From the IMG/VR virus record IMGVR_UViG_3300035703_000083, positions 2,487 to 66,486 of that record: DNA of 64,000 nucleotides. One strand, given 5' to 3'. Every line of letters starts with the position of its first letter. Within the stretch, counting starts at the first letter, position 1. The position numbers and the translations under genes were made by a program. Below the pieces are notes generated by a model. The model had not been told where the DNA came from. It worked only from the letters and a program-made list of their open reading frames with translations, and did no database searches. Shown in pieces: positions 43,102 through 52,600 of this stretch. The DNA is from a virus.

Positions 43102-44298
43102 ATGGATTCACGCCCATGCTTTCGCTACGACGTTTCCACCATCAGTGATTATCAGATCACGGATGAGGGTTACTTGAGGGTTCGTGCTCGCATCGCGAGG
43201 ACGGGCATCCAGTCGTATACGGATGCAAGTGGTGGTATCCGCTTGGAATACCGCCCCGAAACCGAAGTGGCTTCACAAGAAGCCCTTGACAGCTTCAGGG
43301 AAAAGTGTGTGACCAAAGAGCATCCTCCTGTGTTGCTTGATGCGTCCAACACGAAAGACTACGCAGTGGGCTTTACCAGTGCTGATGTTGCGTATTCCGA
43401 TGGCTTCGTTGAATCCACTTTGACCGTCACCGACAAGGAGACGATCGATGAAATCATGCGGGGTAATATCCGCGAGGTTTCATGTGGGTACAAAGTCGAC
43501 TATGTGGACCAGCCAGGCATTACGCCTGACGGTCAACATTACGACGGTTTCCAGAAGAATATTCGCGGAAATCATGTGGCCATTGTCAAGAGAGCAAGAG
43601 GGGGAGCAAATGTTCGCCTGATGCTCGACTCAGCGGATGCCGCTGTGACCGAACTGATCACTTCTACAAAAGGAGAAACTATGTCGGCAAACATTGTGTT
43701 TGACGGCGTTTCTTTTGAGGCCGATCCTGCCCTTGCAGCCGCTATTTCGGCTGAGCGTGAAGACGCGAAGGCAAGCTACGCCGATATGAAACGCAAGTAC
43801 GACGAAATGATGTCCGAAGCTTCCAAAATGAAGGAAGAAATGGACGCCATGGAGAAAGAAATGAAGGGCAAGTGCGACGCCGCCGAGGGTCGTGCTGACG
43901 CTCTGGAGCAAGAACTGGAAGCCGCTAAGGTCGACCTGGAAGCTGCTCAGCAAGTGAATGTTGATTCACTTGTCGAAGAGCGCATTGCTCTGATTGACAA
44001 GGCTCGCACTTCTCTTGATAGCGAGTTTGATTTTGCTGGCAAGAGCGCCCGTGAAATCATGGAAGCCTCGATCAAAGCTGTTCGTGGCGACGCTGATCTG
44101 TCGGAGAAGTCCGACGATTACGTGCAAGCAATGTTCGACACTCTGGCTGAAGTTGCTCCGCGCAACGATTCGGCTGCGACTGACGAGCTGCGCAAAGCCG
44201 TGGCATCTATTGCCACTCCCGTGTCTGCTCCTTCGTCTTATATGGACAAGCTGCAGAACGCTTGGAAAACTCCCCTCTCCGTTACCAAGGAGCGCTGA
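43102..44298 (+). CDS. DUF2213 prohead protease/scaffold
   Basis: ARTGIQ.Y, EYRP..EV, HP, EVSCGY, GNHVAIV..AR.G; coiled-coil C-terminus. Confidence 0.9.
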   Translation: MDSRPCFRYDVSTISDYQITDEGYLRVRARIARTGIQSYTDASGGIRLEYRPETEVASQEALDSFREKCVTKEHPPVLLDASNTKDYAVGFTSADVAYSDGFVESTLTVTDKETIDEIMRGNIREVSCGYKVDYVDQPGITPDGQHYDGFQKNIRGNHVAIVKRARGGANVRLMLDSADAAVTELITSTKGETMSANIVFDGVSFEADPALAAAISAEREDAKASYADMKRKYDEMMSEASKMKEEMDAMEKEMKGKCDAAEGRADALEQELEAAKVDLEAAQQVNVDSLVEERIALIDKARTSLDSEFDFAGKSAREIMEASIKAVRGDADLSEKSDDYVQAMFDTLAEVAPRNDSAATDELRKAVASIATPVSAPSSYMDKLQNAWKTPLSVTKER

Positions 44299-44300
44299 TT

Positions 44301-44858
44301 ATGGCCACTTTTTCTGGGGTGAGCACTGGAACGGCTGGCGGTGTGCAGCAGAGCTATTCGCTTGCACTCACTGCTCTGCTTGAAGGTCAGCTCTCCGATA
44401 TTCGCGACAATACCATTGGCACCTATGTCAATGAGACTGGCGCTGGCATTGCATTCGGCGATGTCGTCACTTATGCATCGGGCGGCACTGTCGCCAACTC
44501 CGCCAAGACCATTGCTGGCACTGGCGAAACCGTCGTTGGTATCAACATCCTCACCTATGTGGATGAAGCTTCCGATGACGCTAATGGTCGCCCTGCTGTT
44601 AAGGCTGGCCAGGCCATGAACGTTGCTAACGAAGGTGCAGTTGCCGTGTATGTGCATGGTTCTGTCACCCCCGCAACGGCTGTGCGTGTTATTCACACCG
44701 CCACTGGCGTTCAATATGCTGGTCAGTTCCGCGCTGCTTCCCTGAGCGGCAAGACTGCAGTGCTCTCGAACGCTCGCTACCTCACTTCCGTCACCGGCTC
44801 CGGCCTGGCGATTGTTGAGCTGAACGGTCCTTCGTTCACCCTCACCGCTGATTCTTGA
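44301..44858 (+). CDS. Capsid decoration/cement protein
   Basis: Between protease and capsid; IAFG..V, small-residue rich. Confidence 0.75.
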   Translation: MATFSGVSTGTAGGVQQSYSLALTALLEGQLSDIRDNTIGTYVNETGAGIAFGDVVTYASGGTVANSAKTIAGTGETVVGINILTYVDEASDDANGRPAVKAGQAMNVANEGAVAVYVHGSVTPATAVRVIHTATGVQYAGQFRAASLSGKTAVLSNARYLTSVTGSGLAIVELNGPSFTLTADS

Positions 44859-44872
44859 TAGGAGGCCCTCAA

Positions 44873-45787
44873 ATGTCTGATTTCCGTATGGATGAAGCTG
44901 GGCTCTTTCTTGAGCGTCAGCTTGAGTACATCCGCCCTCAAGTGTTTGAAGTCGAATATGCCGACATCAAATACCCCACCCTTCTGCCTGTAACCAGCGA
45001 AGCTGGTCCTGGCGCTCAAACCTTCACCTATCGCATCATGGATGCGACTGGCGAATTCAAGCTCATCGCTGACGCTGCTGACGATCTGCCTCGTGCCGAC
45101 ATCAGCCAGATCGAGAAGAGCATCAGCATTCGCTCGTTTGGTGGTTCCTTCGGTTACACCGTTCAGGAACTGCGTGCCGCTCAAATGGCCAATATCGCTC
45201 TGGAGCAGCGTCGCGCTGCTGCCGTGCGTCGTGCCTACGAGGAGAAGGTGGAGAACGTCGCCATGTTTGGCGAAAGCTCTGTCGGCCTGGCTGGCTTCTT
45301 CAACAACGCTACTGTTGACGTGGTCGCTGCCAACACTTGGTTCACTGGCACCACTGCCACTGGTACCACTGCTCAAGACATGCTGGATCTGCTGAACTAT
45401 GGCGTGACTGCCATTATCAACGGCTCCCAGATGAAAGAGCAGCCCGACACCATCCTGATGGCTTGGGAAGACTACAACGTCATCTCCACTCGTCGCAATT
45501 CCGATTCTTCGGACGTGACCGTGCTGGAGTACTTCCTGCGCACTAACCCCTTCATCCGCAACGTTGAGCCCATCAACCAGCTCGATGCCACTAATGGCAA
45601 ACTGAGCAAGAACCGCATGGTGTTCTACAAGCGCGATCCCCAGAAAGTGCAACTGCACATTCCGCAGCCGCTTGAGCTGTTCCCGCCCCAACAGCGTGGT
45701 CTGGAATTCATCGTTCCCGCTCATGCCCGCGTGGGTGGTGTGGCTCTCTACTATCCCAAGAGCGTCCTGTACCTGCAGGCTCCCTGA
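44873..45787 (+). CDS. Major capsid protein (DUF2184 family)
   Basis: FLERQLEYI, ADDLP, GYTVQEL, VAMFG, GGV..YYP; strongly biased codons. Confidence 0.92.
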   Translation: MSDFRMDEAGLFLERQLEYIRPQVFEVEYADIKYPTLLPVTSEAGPGAQTFTYRIMDATGEFKLIADAADDLPRADISQIEKSISIRSFGGSFGYTVQELRAAQMANIALEQRRAAAVRRAYEEKVENVAMFGESSVGLAGFFNNATVDVVAANTWFTGTTATGTTAQDMLDLLNYGVTAIINGSQMKEQPDTILMAWEDYNVISTRRNSDSSDVTVLEYFLRTNPFIRNVEPINQLDATNGKLSKNRMVFYKRDPQKVQLHIPQPLELFPPQQRGLEFIVPAHARVGGVALYYPKSVLYLQAP

Positions 45788-45838
45788 GGATAGTTAAGTG
45801 ATGGGCGTTAAGCTAGTGAACAGTTCTTTTGAACACAA

Positions 45839-46225
45839 ATGTTGATTGCTTATCGCCCTGACCTTGAAAATCCGCCGCGTGAAGGAGGATTTGGCATTAT
45901 TACTGAAGCTGGTTTGATTCAGCTCAGTCCTGGGGTGAATACTGATGTTCCTGAAACTAAGTGGGATATTGCCCGCAAACATGGCACAGTCAAACGCCTT
46001 ATGGCAATTGGCGCCATCGAAGAGGTGAAGGAACAGGCCACCATTCAGGAAGTCCCTGACAGCATCGACACTCTCATTCAGCTTCCATTGAATGAAGCCT
46101 ATCGTCTGCTTGAAATCATGCACGACGAAGACCAACTCAAGCAATGGAAAGGAAAGGAGGGAAGAGTGCGCATCAGGAATGCCATTAACAAGCGTCTAGA
46201 AAACATCAAAGCTGGGAACGTCTGA
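45839..46225 (+). CDS. Hypothetical virion protein
   Basis: Follows capsid; E.R..IRNAINKRL C-terminal helix. Confidence 0.7.
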   Translation: MLIAYRPDLENPPREGGFGIITEAGLIQLSPGVNTDVPETKWDIARKHGTVKRLMAIGAIEEVKEQATIQEVPDSIDTLIQLPLNEAYRLLEIMHDEDQLKQWKGKEGRVRIRNAINKRLENIKAGNV

Positions 46226-46227
46226 TT

Positions 46228-46542
46228 ATGGCCGTCACCTACGCAAGTTTTCTGGATCGTTTCCCTGAATTTACCCCCCATCCATCGGGAATTGTAAACG
46301 GGGCCCTCAATGAAGCCGCAGCGGATGCCACGAGCGATGTTTTCGGAGATCAAACTGATCGCGCCGTAAAGCATCTTGCAGCTCACATTATTGCCATTCA
46401 GCTTGCGCAAATGGGCGTCCAAATCGGCGCCACCGAAGGCAAGGTGTATGGCCAAGGGCTCGAAGCCACGCAATATGGCCAAGAGTTCAAGCGCATGCTC
46501 GATACCGTCGCTGGACCTTCTTCCATTGGTTTCGTCGTATGA
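46228..46542 (+). CDS. Head-tail adaptor (DUF4054-like)
   Basis: FLDRFPEF...HLAAH...TQYGQEF. Confidence 0.85.
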   Translation: MAVTYASFLDRFPEFTPHPSGIVNGALNEAAADATSDVFGDQTDRAVKHLAAHIIAIQLAQMGVQIGATEGKVYGQGLEATQYGQEFKRMLDTVAGPSSIGFVV

Positions 46543-46928
46543 TCAACGGCCTTTCGCCACTTGCAAATGCCACTTTGGTTTGGCAGGTGGCGTCTGGCTA
46601 TGTTCAAGACGCAACCACTGGTAATTATGTTGCAACCGCCACGGGCGTTACTTACTACGCCTCGTTAAAGCAAAAGACCAATCCCCGGTTTGACTATTTG
46701 CTTGGCGCCGATGCGACTGCAGTGTATATGGAGGGACGACTAACTGGCCCTTTAGCACTTTCTGGAGTCACCCCTGGAAGCTCTGCTGCTGCAACGATTA
46801 ACGGAAGAGAAGGGCGGTTTGAGCTGCTACCAAATGAGCAAATTGCTGAACATTATTGGCAATTTCTCGGCGCACCAATCAGAGGCATTTTTAGACTGGT
46901 TGGCAAAGGAAGCGTCTTGAACGCTTAA
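46539..46928 (+). CDS. Head closure protein (putative)
   Basis: Position and size. Confidence 0.6.
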   Translation: MINGLSPLANATLVWQVASGYVQDATTGNYVATATGVTYYASLKQKTNPRFDYLLGADATAVYMEGRLTGPLALSGVTPGSSAAATINGREGRFELLPNEQIAEHYWQFLGAPIRGIFRLVGKGSVLNA

Positions 46929-46954
46929 CTGCTCTTTTCTTACTGAGATTTTCC

Positions 46955-47539
46955 ATGGCAATTTTTTCTCCCCAGGAACTGGTTAAGAGCCAAGACGTTA
47001 TCCTGCGTGTTGGCGCCATTCCTTCAAACTCCACTCGTCCAATCATCACGCAAAGCGGCGCGACTTTCGCTGTTAGCGGCGCTCCCACTCTGTATGTCAT
47101 GCAGGGCGTGACCACCGCTTCGGTGGCCTTCAATGACAACAACCAAGAGTTCTACCTGCTTGGCGGTGGTGGTTTTGCTGATAGCGTGATCGTTACGTCT
47201 CAAGCCACGGCCTCGATTACGTCCTACTTCCAGAAGGACGTGGACGGCACCACATTCATTCCCGACAGCTTTGACGAAGCGTTCCAAGTCATCTCTACGG
47301 CTCGTTACGACAAGTTCTACGAAGTGTACGTTGAGATTAACAAGCAACTTGGTGTGAGCGGCACCACTTACTACTACGACCGTGTGGCTTTCTCTGCAGC
47401 CGTGATGAATTACAACGAGAACTACCCCGCTGACAACTTGGTGGAAGTGACTTTCGACCTAGTTAGCCGTGGCCGAATCGGCATTCACCAGAATGCCACC
47501 AGCAGCGGCACTATTGTCCCGACTGGCCCCAATAGCTAA
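46955..47539 (+). CDS. Major tail (tube) protein
   Basis: Beta-rich, biased codons, followed by a terminator; NYNE..PADNLVEVTFDL.SRG. Confidence 0.75.
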   Translation: MAIFSPQELVKSQDVILRVGAIPSNSTRPIITQSGATFAVSGAPTLYVMQGVTTASVAFNDNNQEFYLLGGGGFADSVIVTSQATASITSYFQKDVDGTTFIPDSFDEAFQVISTARYDKFYEVYVEINKQLGVSGTTYYYDRVAFSAAVMNYNENYPADNLVEVTFDLVSRGRIGIHQNATSSGTIVPTGPNS

Positions 47540-47564
47540 TTTCCTTTCCATTGTTTTCTTTGCT

Positions 47565-47590
47565 AGCCTGCCTATACGGCAGGCTTTTTT
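47565..47590 (+). terminator. Intrinsic terminator
   Basis: AGCCTGCC-TATAC-GGCAGGCT then a T run. Confidence 0.85.
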
Positions 47591-47593
47591 ATT

Positions 47594-48001
47594 GTGAACA
47601 TTTCTCAATTGCGGGATGCAATTACAACCTTGCTCTCTGCCAGTCCCAATTTGATCGGGGAGTACGTACTGCCAAGCAATACTCGCGTTCCCGCTGTTTA
47701 TGTGGTTGGCCAGCAAGGTGTACCTTCCGAATGGCGAGTCGAGGGGCTGGAGGTGACAATGAGGCAGTTTCCAGACTTGCGTCCCGGCTCACCATTAAGT
47801 GGCACGGTTAAGGTGAATCAGTTGTGGGAAGTGATTTTAGTGCAATACACGCCCAGCTCCAGCACTATGGCGACGGCAATGGACAGGATGGTGCGTAGAT
47901 TTCCTGATGCCACGCCACGATATACGCCAGGCGATGACGTGGCTTATGAGCGTTGCCGTTTTGTCTTGCCTGATATGATTTTGCGGCCTTTGGTATCATG
48001 A
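47594..48001 (+). CDS. Tail completion/terminator protein (putative)
   Basis: Position and size. Confidence 0.6.
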   Translation: MNISQLRDAITTLLSASPNLIGEYVLPSNTRVPAVYVVGQQGVPSEWRVEGLEVTMRQFPDLRPGSPLSGTVKVNQLWEVILVQYTPSSSTMATAMDRMVRRFPDATPRYTPGDDVAYERCRFVLPDMILRPLVS

Positions 48002-48459
48002 GTGCAATTATCACTGGCGGGAAAGTTGTCAATGGAGAAAGGCTGGTAGCGAAGCTGGTTCAAGCTTTTGAGGACTGGGCGGAGGAAGATATTACTAATG
48101 CGTGGTGGGACGATCAATTTCGTGAAATGGGAAAGTGGAACTACGATGGCATCACTCGTCGCAAGAGCGGAGAGACTGTTGGTTCACCTCGTGATATTTA
48201 CGATCTGGGTGCTCTTTACGAGAGCGGAGTGAATAGCTACAACTTTGATGCGTCAAAGACCGTCGCAGTAGCTAGCTGGAGATGGGACGCAAGAAATAGC
48301 AGTGGCGATTATTATGCTCGCTACGTCCATGACGGCCTTGGCACCAATTTGACTGCTAGGCCTTGGACGGACGAACTATTTTATCCGCAAAAATTTAGCG
48401 GAAGCGTGCCGGAGCGGGCATTGCAGAATAGGATTAAGAGCGCGTTGACGATCAAATGA
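47998..48459 (+). CDS. Neck protein (HK97 gp10-like)
   Basis: SPRDIYDLGAL..S, YARYVHDG, ARPW. Confidence 0.7.
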   Translation: MSAIITGGKVVNGERLVAKLVQAFEDWAEEDITNAWWDDQFREMGKWNYDGITRRKSGETVGSPRDIYDLGALYESGVNSYNFDASKTVAVASWRWDARNSSGDYYARYVHDGLGTNLTARPWTDELFYPQKFSGSVPERALQNRIKSALTIK

Positions 48460-48713
48460 TCATTGACTACCTCCATAGCCCTGACTCCACTGTCCATGCC
48501 ATTAACAACGAGATAGAAGGCATGGCATTGCAAGCGGGCATCCTTTGCCTCATTTCCTGCCGCGAAAGCACCATTAGAATTGCAAACGACAGTCATTCAT
48601 TCTTGGTGGAAATCCCTAGGGAGTTCCGCTCAGGCCATGAACGGGTGAAAGTGTTCAACGCTTTGCTTAACATTCTTGATCATGAGCAAATACAGCTTTC
48701 TTCTTCAAACTAA
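48456..48713 (+). CDS. Hypothetical protein
   Basis: ATGA overlap. Confidence 0.6.
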   Translation: MIIDYLHSPDSTVHAINNEIEGMALQAGILCLISCRESTIRIANDSHSFLVEIPREFRSGHERVKVFNALLNILDHEQIQLSSSN

Positions 48714-49230
48714 GGCCGCAGACTACTTTGAGCTAACGCCTGAAATTCGCCTGAAGAAATACAATGGCTGGCTCGTAGCAGAGGCTATTGAGCAAGAAGA
48801 AATTAGCAAGCTGCAAAGCCAGGCAACTATTCGTGCCGTGCAACTGGCCAAGCGCATTGCAACTACCAAAGACATTCCACTGGATGAAGCCTTTGCGCTT
48901 CTGCAGGGCGCAGGCTCCATCACTGAAACGGAATTGCTTTCCGACTTCACAGACGAGACGATGGCCATGATTACGAGTGGCACGTCCGTAGAGGCCACCA
49001 ACGCTCGTATGGTCACTGCCTTTATCCGCTCCAGGGGGCAGGGCATGATTGACGGCGAATGGACCGATCTTGGCGATTGGGAGATTGACGATACCAAAGG
49101 ACTGCCTCGTGCCGCCATCGCAAAAGTGGTGGAATTCATTGCTGCCGAGCAAGATGCAGAAGCTAAGGAGGCAGTGGCTGCAGCAAAAAAAGCGAAGAGC
49201 AAGCCCCAAAGTGCGTCACAGAACAGTTAG
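48682..49230 (+). CDS. Tail assembly chaperone (gpG-like)
   Basis: Upstream of tape measure; slippery A AAA AAA at 49185-49191. Confidence 0.75.
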   Translation: MSKYSFLLQTKAADYFELTPEIRLKKYNGWLVAEAIEQEEISKLQSQATIRAVQLAKRIATTKDIPLDEAFALLQGAGSITETELLSDFTDETMAMITSGTSVEATNARMVTAFIRSRGQGMIDGEWTDLGDWEIDDTKGLPRAAIAKVVEFIAAEQDAEAKEAVAAAKKAKSKPQSASQNS

Positions 49231-49658
49231 AAGCTCAAGCGCGAGAATTCCTGAAAGCGCTGACCAATTGGAACGATATTTACTTTCGCTTATCAGCCTC
49301 TGATTACAGAGACGATAGATGGCATGCACGCAATTTTGGCAAGCAGCCAATTCGTGATGTGAAAGCAGCGTTGAAATATTTGGAAAAGCACGACATAGCA
49401 AGGTACAACATTGAAAGTGTTGCCATTGCCAAGCTTGGCGCGATGGTGGCTGGGATGATGGCGGGCAAAAAGAGTGGCGTCAAGCCTGAGTTTTTCTTGC
49501 CTTTTGATCCCAAGGCCACACAAAAAGAAGAAGGCATAACTGATGCTAGCTTGGCGGTACTTCAGCGTTTGATGCGAACGAGAAGAATGGATGGCAGGGT
49601 GATAGCTTTACTTGCCGACGAAATGAAAACCTTGGCCGGACGAAACAAGGAAGAGTGA
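49191..49658 (+). CDS. Tail assembly chaperone frameshift part (gpT-like)
   Basis: -1 frame is open from the slip site through ORF 49359..49658. Confidence 0.7.
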   Translation, partial: SEEQAPKCVTEQLEAQAREFLKALTNWNDIYFRLSASDYRDDRWHARNFGKQPIRDVKAALKYLEKHDIARYNIESVAIAKLGAMVAGMMAGKKSGVKPEFFLPFDPKATQKEEGITDASLAVLQRLMRTRRMDGRVIALLADEMKTLAGRNKEE

Positions 49659-49696
49659 CTATAGAATTAAGAAACTAGAGACAATGGCGTAAAATC

Positions 49697-52600
49697 GTGG
49701 CTCAAGACGCACAACTCCTGCTAAAAGTAGGTCTTGATCTCACCGCTTTTCGCAATTCGCTGGCCACCCTTGGCCAGGCGGCAACTGGATATAATTTACC
49801 GATCAAAGTAAAGTTTGACCGAGGGGCAATCAAGCGTGAAATTAGCAACTTACAAAGATCTATTGGCCGTCAAAAATTTAACGTTGAATTAAATATCGTC
49901 GGCGGACTAACAAAGGATCAGTTTGAAAAAATTCAATCAAGGCTCGATACTCTTTCCAAGATTAAGGCGGTAGAAATACCAGTCAGCGTGCGAGCGGCTA
50001 CTAGTCAAAAAGAAATTCAAAAGGTTGTAGCTGATCTGAATCGCTCTATCAAGGGTTCCAAGATTCTGTCCAATACAGGAGGAAAACTACGTGCTCCTGT
50101 TAGCATTCGTGCGGCCATTACCCAGACCGACATTGTTGGCTTCAAGAGAGAAGTAGAGAATAAGCTTTCGGGAATTAAAGTGAAAGTTGGAGTAGAGGCC
50201 CAGGCCGGCGCGGTGGCCGGAGAAAAAACGCAAAGACCTGGTTTCGAGGCTGCACGACGGCAAGTTGCCACCCTTGGAGTTGAACAACTGCGAGCTAGTG
50301 CGTTCAAAAGACTAGGAGAAGAGAGTAGATCGGCTCAGCAGGTAAGCACTTGGCTCGACACCATCGTTACCCAAGGACTTAAAGGACCCGCAAAAACACA
50401 ACAATTAAACGCTGTACGGGATTTTCTTGCCAACGCGCTTGCGGAATCCGCCTCGCGAGGCATTGAAGCGCGAATGATGCCATTGCGAGGACAGTCGCGT
50501 ATATCGGCACCTAGATCGGCGTCCAACATCAATACAATATTAGATCCCATTGCAGGGCTAACTAAAAATCCTCGAGCTGCTCGCCGCATGCTTCGCATGC
50601 TTCCCGAAGAAAGGATTACCACGGATCTCTTAGGGCTGGCAAGTCGTCAGGCAAGCTACTTAGAACAAGTGCCTAGCGCTCGCGGAATGCAGCGCGATAC
50701 CAAGGGATTCGATCCTTTATTGAAAGCCATTTCCGAACAATTTACCAGTTACACTAGGTCTCTCAATCCAAGCAATCCTTGGATAGGAAAAATTGGGGAT
50801 GGGTTGAAAAATATTACGCAAGTAGCAAGCGTTGCCGCCGCGCAAAAGGCGCTTCCTCCTATTGGAGGAACAACTAGTCGCATAAATCAAAGCCTTTTCC
50901 CCGTGAGTGGCATGATGGGACCATCGTCTCAACTGCCTCCTAGAGGGTCGATGACAGTAGAGTCATTCGGGAATATTCGTGCACTTGGGGGCAGGTTCCC
51001 ATCGGCTCGCATGCTGGAAGTTGGCGGTCCGCCAGCAATGGCTCAACACATGGGCGGAATGATGGCTGGTTATCAAACCAGAGCGGGAGCAATGGGAGGA
51101 TACAATCCTGGTGTACGATCGAGCGCATTTTTTCCGATGGAGGGAATGCTCGCACCATCGTCTCCACTGGGACGCATAACCGCTCAAAGCAGCATGTTTG
51201 GACCAAGTGGCCCATTCGGGCCAGGGAACAGACCTCCCGGAGGCTCTTACCCTGGCGGGGGCGGCGGAGGCGGCGGAATGTTTGGGGGCATTCCCAACAT
51301 TTCGTTGCCTGGTTCCGGCGCCATCCGAGAACTAGGGCAAGAGTTCGCTTTTGCGACTAAGCAGGTTTTACTGTTTGGTCAGGCATATAAATTACTTGCT
51401 TTCATTCAAAATTTTCCAGCGCAGGTCGGGCAAGCCGTTGGTCAACTGCAAAGCTTTAGAAACACTTTGAATGCAATTTCGCCGAGCGCGGCGGAGGCTG
51501 CAAAGTCAAATGCGTTTATTCTTTCCATTGTCGACAAATACAACGTGCCGCTTCAGTCCGCGAGGGATGGCTTTACAAAGCTTTATGCGTCTATGGCGCC
51601 TGCAGGCTTCCGTGGAGATGAAATTCGCGGCTTGTTTGAAAGTATTTCCATGGGAGCGGCCACATTTGGCATGAGCGCCGACAAGGTGGATCGCGTGATT
51701 TATGCGTTTTCGCAAATGGCCAGCAAGGGTCAGGTGATGAGCGAAGAACTTAAGGGGCAGTTAGGTGATGTGCTGCCAGGTGCCATGGCTCTTTTTGCTC
51801 AAGCCGCCGGATTTGAGGGGCCAGCAGCGATTTCTAAATTTTCGGCAGCCCTTGAAGATGGCGCATTCAAAGGCGAAAACATGGTCAAGCTTCTCAAGAA
51901 CGTGCAAGTCGTCATGGCTCGAGAGTTTGGTCCGGGCGCAGAGGGGGCTGCATTGACATTCCAAGGTGGAATTAATCGCATGCAGAATTCATTGACCCAG
52001 CTTTACGAAGCATTTGAGCCTGTAGCTGTTGGGTTTATGAATGAAGTGGTCAAGCCCCTCACTGATGGTATTCGCGTTGCAGCAGATGGATTCACTGCCT
52101 TTTTTCAAGGCGTTGCGGCCAGGACGCCACAAGGCGCTGCGTTTGCGCAAGAATTGGCGAAGCTAGGGCCATCGCTAGAGGGCATTGGCAGTAACTTGAG
52201 AGGGCTGCTGCCAACCTTTGAATTATTTGGAAACATTTTGTTGAATGTCGGCAAACTTTTACTAGCAATTGCTGGCAATCCTGTCACAGGTTTTTTATTA
52301 AAAGTCTATGCAAATGTGTTGCTTGTCAATACAGTTTTTAGCTTGCTTGGCGGGAAAATTCTGGTCGGCTTAATTTCTAGCATCAGCGCTTCTATTGCAC
52401 GATTTATAGCTCTCAATGTTCAAGTGGGATTGTTGCAAAAAACGACAGCGGTCGCAAATTCAAACTTGGCGGGCACGCAGGTGCAAATGGCCTTATTAAC
52501 AAGAAACGCTGCTGCTGCGGTTGGACCTGTAAGCATGCTTAAAACAGCGCTTATGGGATTGGCGCGTATTGGCTTGATCGCGATTGCAATTCAAGTGGCG

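Noticed and set aside
44777-45724. 315-aa minus-strand ORF
   Set aside because: Antisense shadow of the codon-biased capsid gene.
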